Source of the DNA: Octopus sinensis
Lineage: Eukaryota
Reading direction: 5' to 3'
Assembly (NCBI RefSeq): GCF_006345805.1
Contig: NC_043000.1
Coordinates: forward strand, 113,088,001 to 113,152,000
Length of the DNA stretch: 64,000 nt
Shown here: positions 40,905 through 55,907 of the stretch, piece after piece
Numbering within the stretch: position 1 is the first letter of the stretch
How the letters are laid out: each line of letters opens with the position of its first letter
Notes under the pieces: model-generated
Database searches by the model: none
Seen by the model: only the letters and a program-made list of their open reading frames with translations
Told to the model about the DNA's origin: nothing
Made by a program: the position numbers and the translations under genes

Positions 40905-41571
40905 TATTTGGCTTTTCATTTGTATTTGTACAAGTTGACTCCAAGTCTCGCCCAGAGATCTCAAGAGACAACAAGTTAGAAGTTAAAGTTTGTGTTATGA
41001 GTAGGGTGCCATATATTTGGTTTTGCACAGATTCTAGAGAATCTGTCAAGACATAAGTAAATTAGAAGTCTGATTTTAAAAGTGATTTGATTATAAGATG
41101 ACAATAAAAGTTGTTTGCTGTTATGGACATTTAAAAGTATTTTGACACTGTTTACGAATTAAAATATATTTGGGATTACATACGCAATATTTTACGTAGG
41201 ATATGAGCAGTTCATATGAGCACTATTTTTTTCTTTAATTTCCTGGTATCTGAGCTAGGTAGCAATCAATCTTTTGTGCGATCATTCGCAGGGCACTTAC
41301 GACAACAGGTATTGTTTTAGACTTGAGGTTCCACATTTTTCCAATTTCTATATCAAGATCTTTATAATTGCTCAGTTTTAGTAGGTCTTGACAGTTACAT
41401 TTATATCGATTAGGACAATCATATCGATGAGGCGGCATGGCTTTTGTCTGAAATCCTTCACTATAATGTCTGGCCTACTTGCATCTAAATTTTGTCTGAA
41501 GTCCTTCAACATAACGTCTGAGCTTTATGCATCTATTTCGTCTAAAGTCCTTCAATATAATGTCTAAACTA
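40905..41571 (-). mobile_element. R4/Dong family 2, 3' fragment
   Basis: KLSNYKDLDIEIGKMWNLKSKTIPVVV. 3'UTR matches 55290-55365. Confidence 0.85.
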
Positions 41572-41668
41572 TTCGAGTCTATTATCATCGTCATCATTAT
41601 CATTTTTATGATTATTATTATTATTATTGTTGTTATTATTATTATGATTATTATTATTATTATTATTA

Positions 41669-41708
<40 letters not shown>

Positions 41709-41866
41709 TCGCTTTCTTCTGATTTCGGCGCCATATTTCTCTTCCTCCATCTTTCCTGTACCGAAATGAACTCTATTGAAGCATTTGTCGATATTTCCTG
41801 TCCTGGCGGTACGTCTCCTCCTCCATTTCTACACTTTGTTGTCAATGTTGTTATTGTTGTTGATGG

Positions 41867-41897
<31 letters not shown>

Positions 41898-42188
41898 AAT
41901 AACGCTCGTCATTATTATGACATTTGCATTGTCATATCTTATTATTGTTATTCTTGTTGTACTCGCTGGCATAAGGTTATTGTTGTTGTAGTTGTCACTG
42001 CTATTATTGTTGTTATCATTGCTGCTGCTGCTGCTGCTGTTGTTGTTGCTGCCATTTTCCTTGTTTCATTATTGCCTTCTGCACAAAATAGATTGTCGCT
42101 GATAAGATAAGACAGACGAAGTGGTCTGATCCAAAGTAATTAATATAACTTATACAGACATCCAAACGCACGCAAACGTGCACTCACA

Positions 42189-42231
<43 letters not shown>

Positions 42232-42402
42232 ACATACACTACGTATTCATATTCACAGGTTGACTTTTACAGAACATAAAAGTACAAACTCATTCTCTTA
42301 CAAGTATACAGTCATATATGGAAGGTGTATGTGTGTGTCTGTGTGCACGCCCGCGTACATCTGTGTATACATTAATTCAGCATACATAAATACAACACAC
42401 AC

Positions 42403-42448
<46 letters not shown>

Positions 42449-42759
42449 ATATACATATATAAACATATATATACATACATATATATTTGTATATACATAT
42501 GCATACATATGTACGTATTCATATGCATATGTATATATATATATATATACATATATACATACACACACACACACATATATATATACCGCTGTGTGCCTGT
42601 GTGTGTGTATATATATATATATATGTGTGTGTGTGAGTGTGAATGTGTGTGTGTGTGTGTGTGTGCCTGTGTGCCTGTGTGTGTACCGAAATAATTGTTT
42701 AAGTGGAACGCGCATGGCGTAATAACGGAAACTATAATTAATAGAAAGGAAAGATTTAA

Positions 42760-42804
<45 letters not shown>

Positions 42805-43041
42805 ATGTGTGTGTGTGTGTTTGTGTGTGTGTCTATGTGTGTGCTTGTGTGTGTGCGTGTGAGTGCGTGTGCATGCGTCTGTGTCTGTGTGTATGTGTGC
42901 GTGCGGGTAAATGTGTGTGTGTGTATGTGTATTTACACCAGTAGACGTCACATATACTTTTGCGTTATCTGAAGCTGTTTCATTAATTCATTTTTAATAA
43001 ATGCGTGGTAATGCTGTCGTTGTTGCTGTAGTTGGTGGTAG

Positions 43042-43094
<53 letters not shown>

Positions 43095-43919
43095 CTGTTG
43101 GTGATGATATTGATGACATGCATTCCGACAACAAATTCGGTATTGTTAATTATAAGAAATATCATAATGCCGTTCACGTCGATGATGGCGGTTGATATCG
43201 CCGATAAAAACGGCGTTTGTAATGATGATAATAAAACCGATAACGATGGGCAAAGAGGGACAGGCAAATTTCTATCTCGGCGGGGTTTCAACTTTGCGAA
43301 CAGTTTTACAGGAATAAATAGTCTCATATTGACTTTTGTGAAAGTGACCCTTTTTTTTTTTACTTTTAGCTCTACTAATAATTGAAATTATGCGCGCAGA
43401 GGTTTCACAGATGGGTTTGGCGGGGCCATGGGTGGAGTCATGAATCCCTTCTGCGCATACTCGGTCATTTTCCGAGTTTTGCTTATACGCGTGCTGAAAT
43501 GCTCCTGGTTTGGGGTAAAGGAAGTATAGGAGGTTCAGCTAATTATCATTTTATTCAATATATAATACCCCTCAGATTCGCACACATATTGCAGTGGTCC
43601 TTCAGTTTCTAAGCCCTGTAAAATAACTCGGAAGGTCATCAGGAGAAAATGCGTGCCGTTCCGATACACTTGCTGTCTTCTGGTATTCAGAACTTTCGAC
43701 CAGTAGTACCTGCGTGAGCAAGTTGTTTGCAAAAGCATCTGATTTTATTCAATATATTCCCCTCTCAGATTCACACACTTATTGCAGTGGTACTTCAGTT
43801 TTTCCAAGCCCTGTAAAAGAACTCAGAGTGTTGGGATTCCAGCCAGGTTGGTTTTTTGCGAAACCCACGCTGTAATTACGTCGGCCAATTGTCGTTACAT
43901 GTACGAAAGTTTCGAACAT

Positions 43920-44093
43920 GAATCCAATCCTATATTTAAGAGATGAAGAATTATGTTACATTATTTATATTTTTCCTCGTCTTGGTCTTGTTAACACAAC
44001 GTTTCGGCTGATATACCCTCCAGCCATCATCAAGGTGTTTTGAGGGAAATTTCGAACCTGGGTTCTCATTCCTAAGGTATTTTTCGATGTTAC

Positions 44094-44095
<2 letters not shown>
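43920..44095 (-). mobile_element. Short PLE-like element with a decayed minimal hammerhead (43994-44038)
   Basis: acac-c-TTGATGA-t-ggctg(10 nt)cagcc-GAAAC-GT-T-gtgt. Second copy at 48545-48770. Confidence 0.6.
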
Positions 44096-44168
<73 letters not shown>

Positions 44169-44170
44169 CA

Positions 44171-47100
44171 TTCAATAGTTTTATTTTTATAGCGTGCTTT
44201 CACTTCACTACCGAGCACAGCTCCGTGTGCCTTGGGTATGTGCTGTGATTTGTTGTGATGCTCTGATGGTTATTGTATGGAAAGTGTTCTGCGTAGGATG
44301 TGTGCAGTGCCTAGTAGTGCAATTTTCTGTATGTTATATGTGTTTGTAAGTCCTGGTGTTTTTGTTATGTATTTGTCTGAATATTTTTTATCATGCCTAA
44401 TGCACCTACTATGATAGGAATTGTTTCTGTTTTTAGATTCCACATTCTGGTTACCTCTATTTCCAGGTCTTTGTATTTTGAAAGTTTCTCCATTTCTTTT
44501 AGAGACACGTTGTCATCAGCCGGTATTGATACATCAATTAGAAAGCATTTTTTTTTCTTCATGATCTCTGACAACTATATCTGGTCTGTGGGTCTTAATT
44601 TCTCTATCTGTGTGTATCGGCATATCCCAGAGTATGGTTGCTTTCTCGTTTCTGTGACCTTTTCTTTTTGGTGTGTGCCTATACCATCTTTTTTCTGTTG
44701 TTATTCCATAATGTTGGCATAGCTTCCAGTGTATGTAGGTTCCAATTCTGTCATGTCTGTGAATATATTCCTTCTTAGCCAGGACTGGGCAGCCAGAGAT
44801 AATATGATTTATTGTTTCTTGTCCATCTCCACATATTCTGCAGTTACTTGTAATATTTCTTTTCATTACATGTTTTTGGTAATTTCTGGTGGGGAGGCTT
44901 TGGTCTTGTGCTGCAATTACGAATCCCTCTGTCTCTGCTTGCTTTGAGTCCTGAGCTTCTCAACCATTGCTGGGATTTTTCTTTGTCTATTTCTTTTGCA
45001 TTTAGTTTAGTCCAGTATTTACCATGAAGGGGCTTTTCTTGCCATCGTTTTATCATGGTTCTTTGCTGTTCTAGTTTTAGTTTGGATTTCATTTGTTTTA
45101 TAGCTTTTGTTGTTTGTATTCTTCTTCTTCTTCTTCTTCTTCTTCTCTTCGTCTTCTTCTTCTTCTTATTTCTTCTTTTCTTCTCTTCTTCTTCTTCTTC
45201 TTCTTCTTCTTCATATTTATTAGGTGGTATGATTCTTGTTTGCATTGTCAGCTTCCTTAAATATTGAGAACAGTTTTTTTTTTTTGTTTGCCCGTGTTTT
45301 GCGCCGCTATTTGTATCAGTTTTCTTCCTTCTGAAGTAGATATTTTTGCAGTCCTATGGTGGTTATTTTATAGTAGTTTTCCAGCTGTATAAGGCCTCTA
45401 CCACCTTCTATACGTTGCATGTATAGTCTTTCTATGTCAGATTTTGGGTGATGCATCCTAGATCCTGTCATTATTTTTCTTGTTTTCCTATCTATTTTGG
45501 TCAGTTCATTTCGTGTCCAGTTAAGGATATTGTAGCTGTAACTTATAACTGGGACAGCTAAAGTGTTGATACCTATTATCTTGTTTTTAGCATTGAGCTC
45601 TGTTTTTAGTATTGATCTAACTCGTCGATAATATTCTTTTTTTATTTTCTCTTTTATTTGTGTGTGTTGTGTCTTATCTAGTTCATGGATTCCTAAGTAT
45701 TTGTAAGTTTGGCTTTGGTCTAATTCTTTTATTTCATTGGTTTTATCTAGTGTGATGTTGCTACTCTTTACTAGTTTTCCTCTTTTCAGGGTTACTTTGG
45801 CGCATTTTTCTAATCCAAATTTCATATCTATTTCTTTGGTAAATCCATGAACTCTCTTTAATAGTGTTTCCAGCTGTTTGTCATTTGCAGCGTATAGTTT
45901 TTAGGTCATCCATGTATAAAAGGTGGCTGATCGTTTTGCCGTAACATTTATATCCGCAACCAGTTCTATTTAGCATATCAGATAGAGGTGACAGTGCCAA
46001 GCAGAAAAGGAGTGGAGAGAGCGTGTCTCCCTGGAATATTCCTCTTCTAATGGGGATGGCTTTGGTTTTCACGAGTCCCTCTTTTGTTTGGAGCTGTAGC
46101 CATTTATTCGTAGAATGTCCTATGAATTTTATAATTGTTGGTGCTACTTTGTTAATGGCTAGTGTTTCGAGGATCCATGTGTGTGGGATGCTATCAAACG
46201 CCTTTTTGTAGTCGATCCAGGCCATACTGAGGCCTTTCTTCTTTCTGTGGCTGTCTTCAGTTATGGCTTTATTAATCATTAGTTGATCTTTACAGCCATA
46301 TGAGCCTTTGCGGCATCCTTTCTGCTCTTCTGGAAACAGGTTGTTTTCGTCCAGGTGCTTGTTCAACCGTTGCGATATCACTGCAGTAAATGCCTTGTAC
46401 ATTGTAGGGAGATGGGTCATTGGTCTGTAGTTTTCTGGTTTTGCTATCTCATTTGATTTGGGAATTAAGATGGTTTTCCCCTTCGTGAGCCATTCAGGCA
46501 TTGTCTCTGGCTCTGCTAGTATGTTGTTAAAGTTTTTAGCCAGCTTTTTGTGCATTCCTGTTAGATATTTCAACCAGAAGTCGGGGATCTTGTCATGCCC
46601 AGGTGCCTTCCAGTTGCTTAGTCTTTGCAGTGCCTGGGTGACCTCTTCAGTTGTTATGGGGGTCCAAAGTTGCTCAGATGCTGAGTTTGTTGTTTTAATA
46701 CTCCCTTTTTTTGGTTGTTCGTTCGCCGAACATATTTCTCTCCAGAATTCTTCTACTTCTTCTGCCGTTGGTGCTGCAGTGATTTCTATTTTATTTTTGC
46801 GAAGTTCTTGGTAGAACTTTTGGGGGTTGGAGTTGAACTTTTTGTTTTGTTCAAAGAAGCACAGGCGTTTCTCGTACCGGCGGGTCCTTTGTGCTTTGGC
46901 AAGGATATCTTGCTTTAGCTTTTCTTTTATCTCAGGTAAATCTTTCTCTGTGATGTATTTGCGGAGTATTTTTGTTTTCTTTTTGTTGCTCAGTAGCGTT
47001 GATTGTCTACTGACTTCATTAAGAATCGACAGATCTTTTCTCATTTTTTGTATTTTATTTTGGATGTTATTTATCCACAGGGTTTGTTTGGGTGGTGGTA

Positions 47101-48317
47101 CTCCTGTTTGGATGGGTTTGAGTGAGTATCCAGCTTCCTTTGTGGCTGTAGTGGCTGCTGCGTATACTTAGTCATTTAGCTCAGTGATATCGCTTTTTGT
47201 TTCAGTGGCTATTAGTTCCATGACGGCTAGGTTTATGCTGTTTATAATTGGTGTTGTTGTTTCGTCTATTTTGATTCTTGGGAGGTATGGTCGGTGGTCC
47301 ATTTTGAGCTCTGTGGTTTTTAGTTCTTTGATTATTCTACTTTTTATATTCTCATAATCATTAGGCTCCCCTTCGTTGTTTCCAGGTTTTAGATTTGTGT
47401 CGCTTTCGTTCTCATTTGTATGTTTGTTTGTCGTGTATTATTATGCATCCTTACGGTCTGGGTTTGTTGTTTTTTGTTTACATCGTGTTTGTTGGGAATG
47501 TTACGTTTGTCTTCGTGTTTTACTGTTTCAGTGTTTATATTGTTGGGCATTGTTGTGTGGCTTCTATCTACATTTTCCTGATGTATTTTTTCTTTTAGCT
47601 GTTCTATTTCTATTTCTGATATTTTTTTTGCGTTAAGAATGTATCTTCGTACGTTAGCTAGTTTATTAGGGTTCATTGCTGTATCCAAGTCTATATTTAT
47701 GTTATTTTCCTTCCATATTTTATATGTATGTGTTGTTGTGTTTTCATTTTTTGGGTAGAGCACTGCTGTGAAGTAAGCGTGTAGGATAGAAATGTATTCC
47801 TCACGTGTCCATTTATGTCTTTTGGGTTTTATTTGCGGGACATGAGGAACAACGTCCGACCCATTATTTTGACGGTCCTCATTTCCGTAGAGTACCGATC
47901 CGTTCATTTCTGTTGTCACATTGTTTTGCACGTGTAGTTTTTCGAACATTTTGTGTTGTAAGTTTAAAGTACGTACTTCCCGATTGTTATTCTTGGGTTG
48001 AATAATATCGGTGTTATTTAATTTCTTCGTAGATTTTTGTATATGGTGTTTGGGGTCGGGGATGGTCTGGTGTTGATGATCGTTATATTCCACGCATGTT
48101 TACATGTGTTGTGTTAGAGGTGGATATGATATCGAGTTAAAATACGTCATTTCGTTTCGAAAATAGTAATAAATTTCAATGAGTATTACTTACTCGGATA
48201 TAGTCCAATCCTTTGTTAGTAAACTTTTGGCTCCATACGATGTCTTTGTTTTCGATGTTTGTGGATAGATTTCGGTGCTCTGTTTTATCGTTCTCACATC
48301 TTAAACGTCCACGGTGT
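44171..48317 (-). mobile_element. Near full-length R4/Dong-clade non-LTR retrotransposon (myb-like N-terminus, RT, CCHC, RLE), inactivated
   Basis: RHKWTREEYISILHAYF; KAPGHDKI; NYRP; WIDYKKAFDS; GIFQGDTLSP; HLLYMDDLK; CRICGDGQETINHIISGC; [22 protein letters not shown]. Frameshifts and stops split the ORF. Confidence 0.95.
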
Positions 48318-48457
48318 TCACCAGTGCCATAACCATTTTTCTCTCCACCCTGACTACCGCTACTTGTACAACATTCATTTCCCAATATCACTACCTTAGC
48401 CACAGTTCGAACTCCTCTGCAATAACACCTCCACTACCACCGGTACTTCCTAGACCA
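48318..48457. repeat. 140-bp inverted copy of 49500-49639 at the LINE 5' junction
   Basis: Direct alignment with few mismatches. Confidence 0.9.
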
Positions 48458-48480
48458 CCGACCACTGGTTATTATTATTA

Positions 48481-48543
<63 letters not shown>

Positions 48544-48544
48544 G

Positions 48545-48557
48545 CTCTAAGCAGTGA

Positions 48558-48626
<69 letters not shown>

Positions 48627-48770
48627 CAACAACAACATGGGAAAAATACCTTAGGAATGAGAACCCAGTTTCGAAATTCCTCCAAGACACTTGATGAAGG
48701 TTGGAGGGTATATCAGCTGAAATGTTGTGTTAACTACAAACAAAATGAAGACAAATATCCGTGAAATGTT
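48545..48770 (+). mobile_element. Short PLE-like element with a decayed minimal hammerhead (48687-48730) and an internal (AAT)n
   Basis: acac-TTGATGA-a-ggttg(10 nt)cagct-GAAAT-GT-T-gtgt. Confidence 0.6.
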
Positions 48771-48794
48771 ATACTAGAAATACACTTGCAGAGC

Positions 48795-49045
48795 GCAGAC
48801 CATGCTAGGGGAAACTGAGCAGAGAATCTGCATCAAAGTTTGCCAAAAGCTTGGCGATACCGGCTCAGAGGCCTATGCAAAGTTTTCTAAAAGCTTTCAT
48901 CGGTCTCGACACAATCAAAGGGATCTTCTGCAACTGAAACCCGAGTGTCTTTTTTTATCAACTGAAAGCAGTTTTGGCACAAACTTTGCAGACACGTTTT
49001 AGCTTCGTGACTATCGCAACAGTCCGGATACTTATTGATCAGACA
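48795..49045 (+). mobile_element. Mariner remnant
   Basis: EQRICIKVCQKLGDTGSEAY resembles the mariner N-terminal HTH. cagtccggatacttattgatcagac is TIR-like. Confidence 0.65.
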
Positions 49046-49194
49046 TTTATATAATGCATTTGTTTATACGTATACTTGTATTTCATTCCTTTTCTCGCAT
49101 TTGAATTTGTGTAAACTTTCACATTTCATTACTAGTATACATTGTTAATATTTTATAAATATAAATATCTATATAATGATATATCTTGTAATTA

Positions 49195-49325
49195 AGGCAG
49201 CGAGCTGGCAGAATCTGTAGTGCGCCGGAAAAAATGCTTTCGATAAAATAAGTACCAGTCGAAAATTGGGATCGATGTAGCCTTCCCCATTACTGTTAGC
49301 CTTGTGCCAAAATTTGAAACCAATA
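49195..49325 (+). mobile_element. Internally deleted SINE family A
   Basis: ggcagcgagctggcagaatc head and ccttgtgccaaaatttgaaacc tail. Confidence 0.7.
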
Positions 49326-49823
49326 TAAGGCCAATTCTTCAGTAGAAATCACTTCTAAATTTACCTTTTATTGCATTGGGTTGTATTTTATCAATTTATC
49401 TCCTCATCGATGGGTGATTCTGGTCCACGGTTGTGGTGGTGCTAGCGTTTATAGCGATGCGGGTATTGGAAATGAAGGCTAAAGTTGTGGCTTTGTTGAT
49501 GGTCTAAGAAGTACCGATGGTAGTGGAGGTGTTATTGCAGGGGAGTTCGAACTGTGGCTAAGGTAGTGATATTGGGAAATGAACGTTGTACAAGTAGCGG
49601 TAGTCAGGGTGGAGACAAAAATGGTTATGGCTCTGGTGATAGTAATGGTGGTGCTTTCGCGGCTGTAGTAGTGGCGGTGGTGGTAGTGGTGATGGGCGGT
49701 GTTGTATTTATGGTGTTGGCGCTAGTAGCGATCGCGATGGTCATTGATACTTCTGATGGCCGTGATAGTTACTTTAGTGGCGTTTGTGGTTGTGGTGTTG
49801 GCGGCAAGGCACCAATAACATCT

Positions 49824-49854
<31 letters not shown>

Positions 49855-50228
49855 CGGTAGTCGTGCTTGCTACGATAAAATTAGTGCTGTTCTTATTAAT
49901 TCCGCCAGTTCCCAAATAATTTTATATTCATTATTCCGACATTTTGACAAATTGTTTCATTAGCATAGAAATAGGATTTATTTCTCTTGCCGCTAACCAC
50001 ATGGTACCACGGCGACTAAACACACTGCTGCTACCACAACACACACACACACACACATGCACACACACACACACACACAACACACACACACACAACACAC
50101 ACACACACACACACACACAACACACAAACACATTCACTGTTTCTACTCCTCTAATCTCATGGTACCACTACAACATATATTTCTAATACATCTGTTTAAC
50201 ATAACTACAAATTTAGTTCACACTTCAG

Positions 50229-50273
<45 letters not shown>

Positions 50274-50469
50274 TCATCAATGCTACAAACACTATAACGT
50301 TATCCCTGCTGCTGCTGTTGTAATTTGACTCCAGGTTAGTTTTGAACCTATGCTCTTCTACGATACGTTACATAAATATCCATCTCGTGTTTTGTCTATC
50401 TTGGACTCCATCGTCCAGTGTGTCCTTACGTTTTTCAAACGCTGATGTTAAGGGACATGAGGAAGAGTT

Positions 50470-50992
50470 CAGTTGAGCCGAGGTCGACTTTGCCTTTCAT
50501 CTTTTCGGGGTCGATTAAATAATTACCACTTACGCACTGGGGTCGATATAATCGACGTAATCCGTTTGTCTCTCCTTGTTTGTCCCGTCTGTGTTTAGCC
50601 CCTTGTGGGTAGTAAAGAAATAGGTATTTCGTCTGTCTTTACGTTCTGAGTTCAAATTCCGCCGAGGTCGACTTTGCTTTTCATCCTTTCGGGGAACGAT
50701 AATTAAGTACCAGTTGCTCCTCCTCCTTAAAAAATTCGAGCCTTGTGCCGGGAGTAGAAAAGAATATTTCGTCATGTTAACGCGGTGACCTGGCAGAAAC
50801 GTTAGCACGCCGATCGATGTGCTTAGCGGTATTTCTGTTTTTACGTTCTGAGTTCAAATTCCGCCGAGGTACACTTTGGATTTCATCCTTTCGGGATCGA
50901 TAAATTAAGTACTAGTTGCGCACCGAGGTTGATCTAATCGACTGGTCCCCTCCCCGAAATTTCAGGCCGTGTGCCTAGAGTAGAAAATAATA
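50470..50992 (+). mobile_element. Tandem SINE family A cluster (about three partial copies)
   Basis: Same core and two tails as 4892-5880. Confidence 0.9.
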
Positions 50993-51107
50993 TTAAGAAG
51001 ATTTGACTGGTATTTCTAGTGGTGGGGTCGGACATCTACAAGCACGTTCCATCGTGAGTTTGTTTCGTTATTTATATGCTAATGTTTTTGTTGTTGTTGT
51101 TGTTGTT

Positions 51108-51388
51108 GAAACTGAAAGAAGCCCTTCATGTATATGCATATATCTTTGTGTATGTGTGTGTCTTTGTGCCTATATTTGTCTCTCACAGCCGCTTAAAAAC
51201 TGATGTAGGTGAGCATACGTTCCCGTGACCCTAGCGGTTCGGCAAAAGAGAACGATAGAATAAGCACGTCGTTTAAAAAAACCAACGCACTGGGGTCGGG
51301 GGTTGATGCATTCAACACAAAACATTCTTCAAAGCGATGCCCCAGCATGGACGCAGTCTAACTGAAACAAATAAAAAAAATAAAAGAC
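51108..51388 (+). mobile_element. Headless SINE family D
   Basis: gaaactgaaagaagccc..ccccagcatggacgcagtctaactgaaac. Confidence 0.75.
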
Positions 51389-51499
51389 GACGTTAGTAGT
51401 GATGGGGTTGGATATAGTTGTTGTTGTTGTTGGGGATGGCGGGGGTGATTGAGGGAACTTGTTTTGCTATTGCAGATAGTAAACGAGACTGTGGTCGGT

Positions 51500-52993
<1,494 letters not shown>

Positions 52994-52995
<2 letters not shown>

Positions 52996-53497
52996 TGGAA
53001 GTGTTATCATGTACATTGTTTTGTCTTGGCATAAAAGGTGGGCTACAGCAAATATTCTGCTCAATACCACAGATTTGCTTGTCAGTTGTTTGACCGTAAC
53101 CAGTTTAGCATGTCCCTTAGTGGCTGACATTATGTGCATCTCTGATCACGATCAGAAGTAGTGGGGGAGCATCATAGCCATGTGTTGAGAGGGATTCTAT
53201 GGAGTTTGAATAATTCACCTCTGGAAACATAGGTGTTTCATTCAACATCCTTAAACAACCCTTATTCAAGAAACTTTTGAGCGGGATGGGTTACTCGACC
53301 AGAAGAAAATTCTAACTGCGCCCCACCTGCAAGGTCATGCGCTGTTTATCTTCATATGAGATCACCATGTCGCGCACATATGGTTGTGATGCATGTGCCT
53401 GGTGTACCCTTATCAGACGGGTAGTCATGATGGGTATACTGGGCTTCGTATATTTTACCCCAATGTCACTTTGATGGCATGCACTGCTCTCTCACTC
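52994..53497 (+). mobile_element. ~550-bp non-coding interspersed element flanked by (TAA)n, 5'-truncated copy
   Basis: High similarity to 62802-63355. Confidence 0.85.
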
Positions 53498-53533
53498 AAT
53501 AATAATAATAATAATTAATAATAATAATAATAA

Positions 53534-53970
53534 GCCTATGGGATTTTATGGTTCAGTGTCACCATGAGATAGAGAATAGGAAATTAGACATAGTGTTGAG
53601 AAAGAAAGCAAACGATGCTTGATCATAGAGATAGCATGCCCAGCTGACAATAAGGTATGCGATAAGGAAGAAAAGTCGAGAGATATGACAGGTTAGCTTA
53701 GGAGGTAAAGCAGTTGCAATGGCTGAAAAAGGTGGTAGTAGTACCAATAAATGGTGGAACCCTGGTAACGATGAGTAAAATTCTTGAGAATTACATGGAA
53801 CAAATAGGGGCTGCAATAAGGGTGGAGGAGCACTTGGAGAAATTAATACTACTTGGAACCGCTCGAATACTCCAGATGGCGCTCGAAAAATAAGAGGTGT
53901 TACCTTAGTTCACTTCTAGTGAACAGCTGGCACCGTAGTATATCTTCAGCGTTAGAAACTGTGCAAATTC
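53534..53970 (+). mobile_element. R4/Dong family 3, RLE 3' fragment
   Basis: LWDFMVQC..RKLDIV..CLIIEIACPADNKVCDKEE..VVVVP..LLGTARIL, followed by (TAA)n. Confidence 0.8.
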
Positions 53971-54000
<30 letters not shown>

Positions 54001-54001
<1 letters not shown>

Positions 54002-55364
54002 AGTTTCAATATTGTTAACTGGTCAATTACTGAAATATGTCAGCTCGACAGAAAAATAAGGAAACTGTTGACAATGCATAGAATGCACCACCCTAAGGCA
54101 GATACAGAATGACTCTATCTGCCAAGAAAAGAGGGAGGCCGTGGTCTTTCGCAACTGGCAATAACAATGAAGATTGCTACAATTGGCCTAGACACCTACC
54201 TGAAAAACTCTGAGGACTGGATGTTAAAACTTGTCTCAAAACATGAAAACAAGAAAGCATCATACTCAGTCACAAAACAGGCAAAAGAATATTAAGTGAA
54301 TTCCGAATACAACCAATTTCGGAATTAGAGATAGACAACAAGAAAACAAGCACAGAAAAAGCTAGGCGCATGAAAACCCGTGCCAAAACTGCGGCCTTAG
54401 ATATTCTGAATAATAAATGGCAAGAAAAATCTCTCTATAGCAAATATCCAAAGAGAGCGAATAATGCAGATATCGACAAAGCTTTGACCCATCAATGGCC
54501 TCTGGCTTAAAATCTGAAACAGAGGGGTTTATCATAGCAGCTCAAGATCAATGCCTACCAACAAGAAACTACCAGACCAACATATTAAAGAACGGCAGTA
54601 GCCCAACATGTCGTGTATGCCGACAACAAAATGAAACCATTGATCATGTGGTCTCCAAATGCAGTCTTCTAGCGCCTACAGAGTACCTCAATAGGCATGA
54701 TGGATCTGCACAATATATTCACTGGGTAATTTGCAAAAACCTGGATTTGCCCTATGAAAAAAACTGGTGGGAACACAATCCACCTCCAGTGCTTAAAATG
54801 ACCACATCTCACTCCTCTGGAACTTCACCATTCAAACTGACAGGAAGATAGATGCAAATAGGCCAGATATCATATCGAAAGACTTCAGACAAAGAACATG
54901 CCTCCTCATTGATATGACTGTCCCAATCGATATAAACGTATCTGTCAAGACTAGCAAAAACTGAGCAAATATAAAGATCTTGAAATAGAAATCAGCAAAA
55001 TGTGGAAGCTGAAGTCTAAAAACAATACCTGTTGTCATAGGTGCCCTGGGAATGATAGCGAAAGGGATGATTGCTACACTAACTCAGATACCAGGAAACC
55101 CCAAAAATGGCAGAAATTCAAAAGATAGTGCTCATGGGAACTGCTCATATCCTACGCAAAATACTCTCTATGTAATCCCAAGGTTTAAAACAAATTTTTT
55201 TTTCTTTAATTTTATTTTTTATGTATTAGACTAGTACAACACCAAAACAACCCCAGAAAAAACCCCCAAATATATGGCACAGAACTTCCAACATGTTGTC
55301 TCTTGAGGTCTCTGGGTGAGACTTGGAGCCAACTTGTACAGACATAAAGCAAAAGTCAAACATA

Positions 55365-55365
<1 letters not shown>
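54001..55365 (+). mobile_element. R4/Dong family 2, 5'-truncated
   Basis: RMHHPKAD..LYLPRKEGGRGL; GLKSETEGFIIAAQDQCLPTRNY..CRVCRQQNETIDHVVSKC; RPDII; KYKDLEIEI. (TAA)n on both sides. Confidence 0.9.
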
Positions 55366-55422
<57 letters not shown>

Positions 55423-55440
55423 TATTATTATTATTATTAT

Positions 55441-55628
55441 CAAAAGCTATCTAACGTTAACCTTGACCAGCAGAATGTCATAAAAGAGTTAGACCCAGCG
55501 GGGTGCTACTAGTACCTAGCGGTGATTGAATGGGACGGAGTAATGAATTCAGTGATGAAGGAAATGATCAGGAGAGAATGTTATCGCAGAGTAAGAGCAA
55601 TACTCAAGACAGAGGTGAATGCTCAAGA
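55441..55628 (+). mobile_element. R4/Dong post-RT fragment
   Basis: IKELD..YLAVIE..IRRECYRRVRAILKTEVNA. Confidence 0.7.
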
Positions 55629-55858
55629 TCGCTCTACATTTTAGATTGATGTAATGATTGCATTGCTCAGTGAAATGAAGTTGCATGAAACGATCGTACT
55701 GCATTACCTCTGGATAGCTTTTTTGGTTACTTTGATTTTACTCACTACACTTTGAAATTGTATGGATAATACCGTACTAAATTCTGGTGCCTCAGCTTAA
55801 GTAACATATTAATCTGAATCTAAATTTTTGCTATATGTGTGCGCGTGTGTGTGGGTTT

Positions 55859-55892
<34 letters not shown>

Positions 55893-55907
55893 TGTCTGTG
55901 TGTGTGT

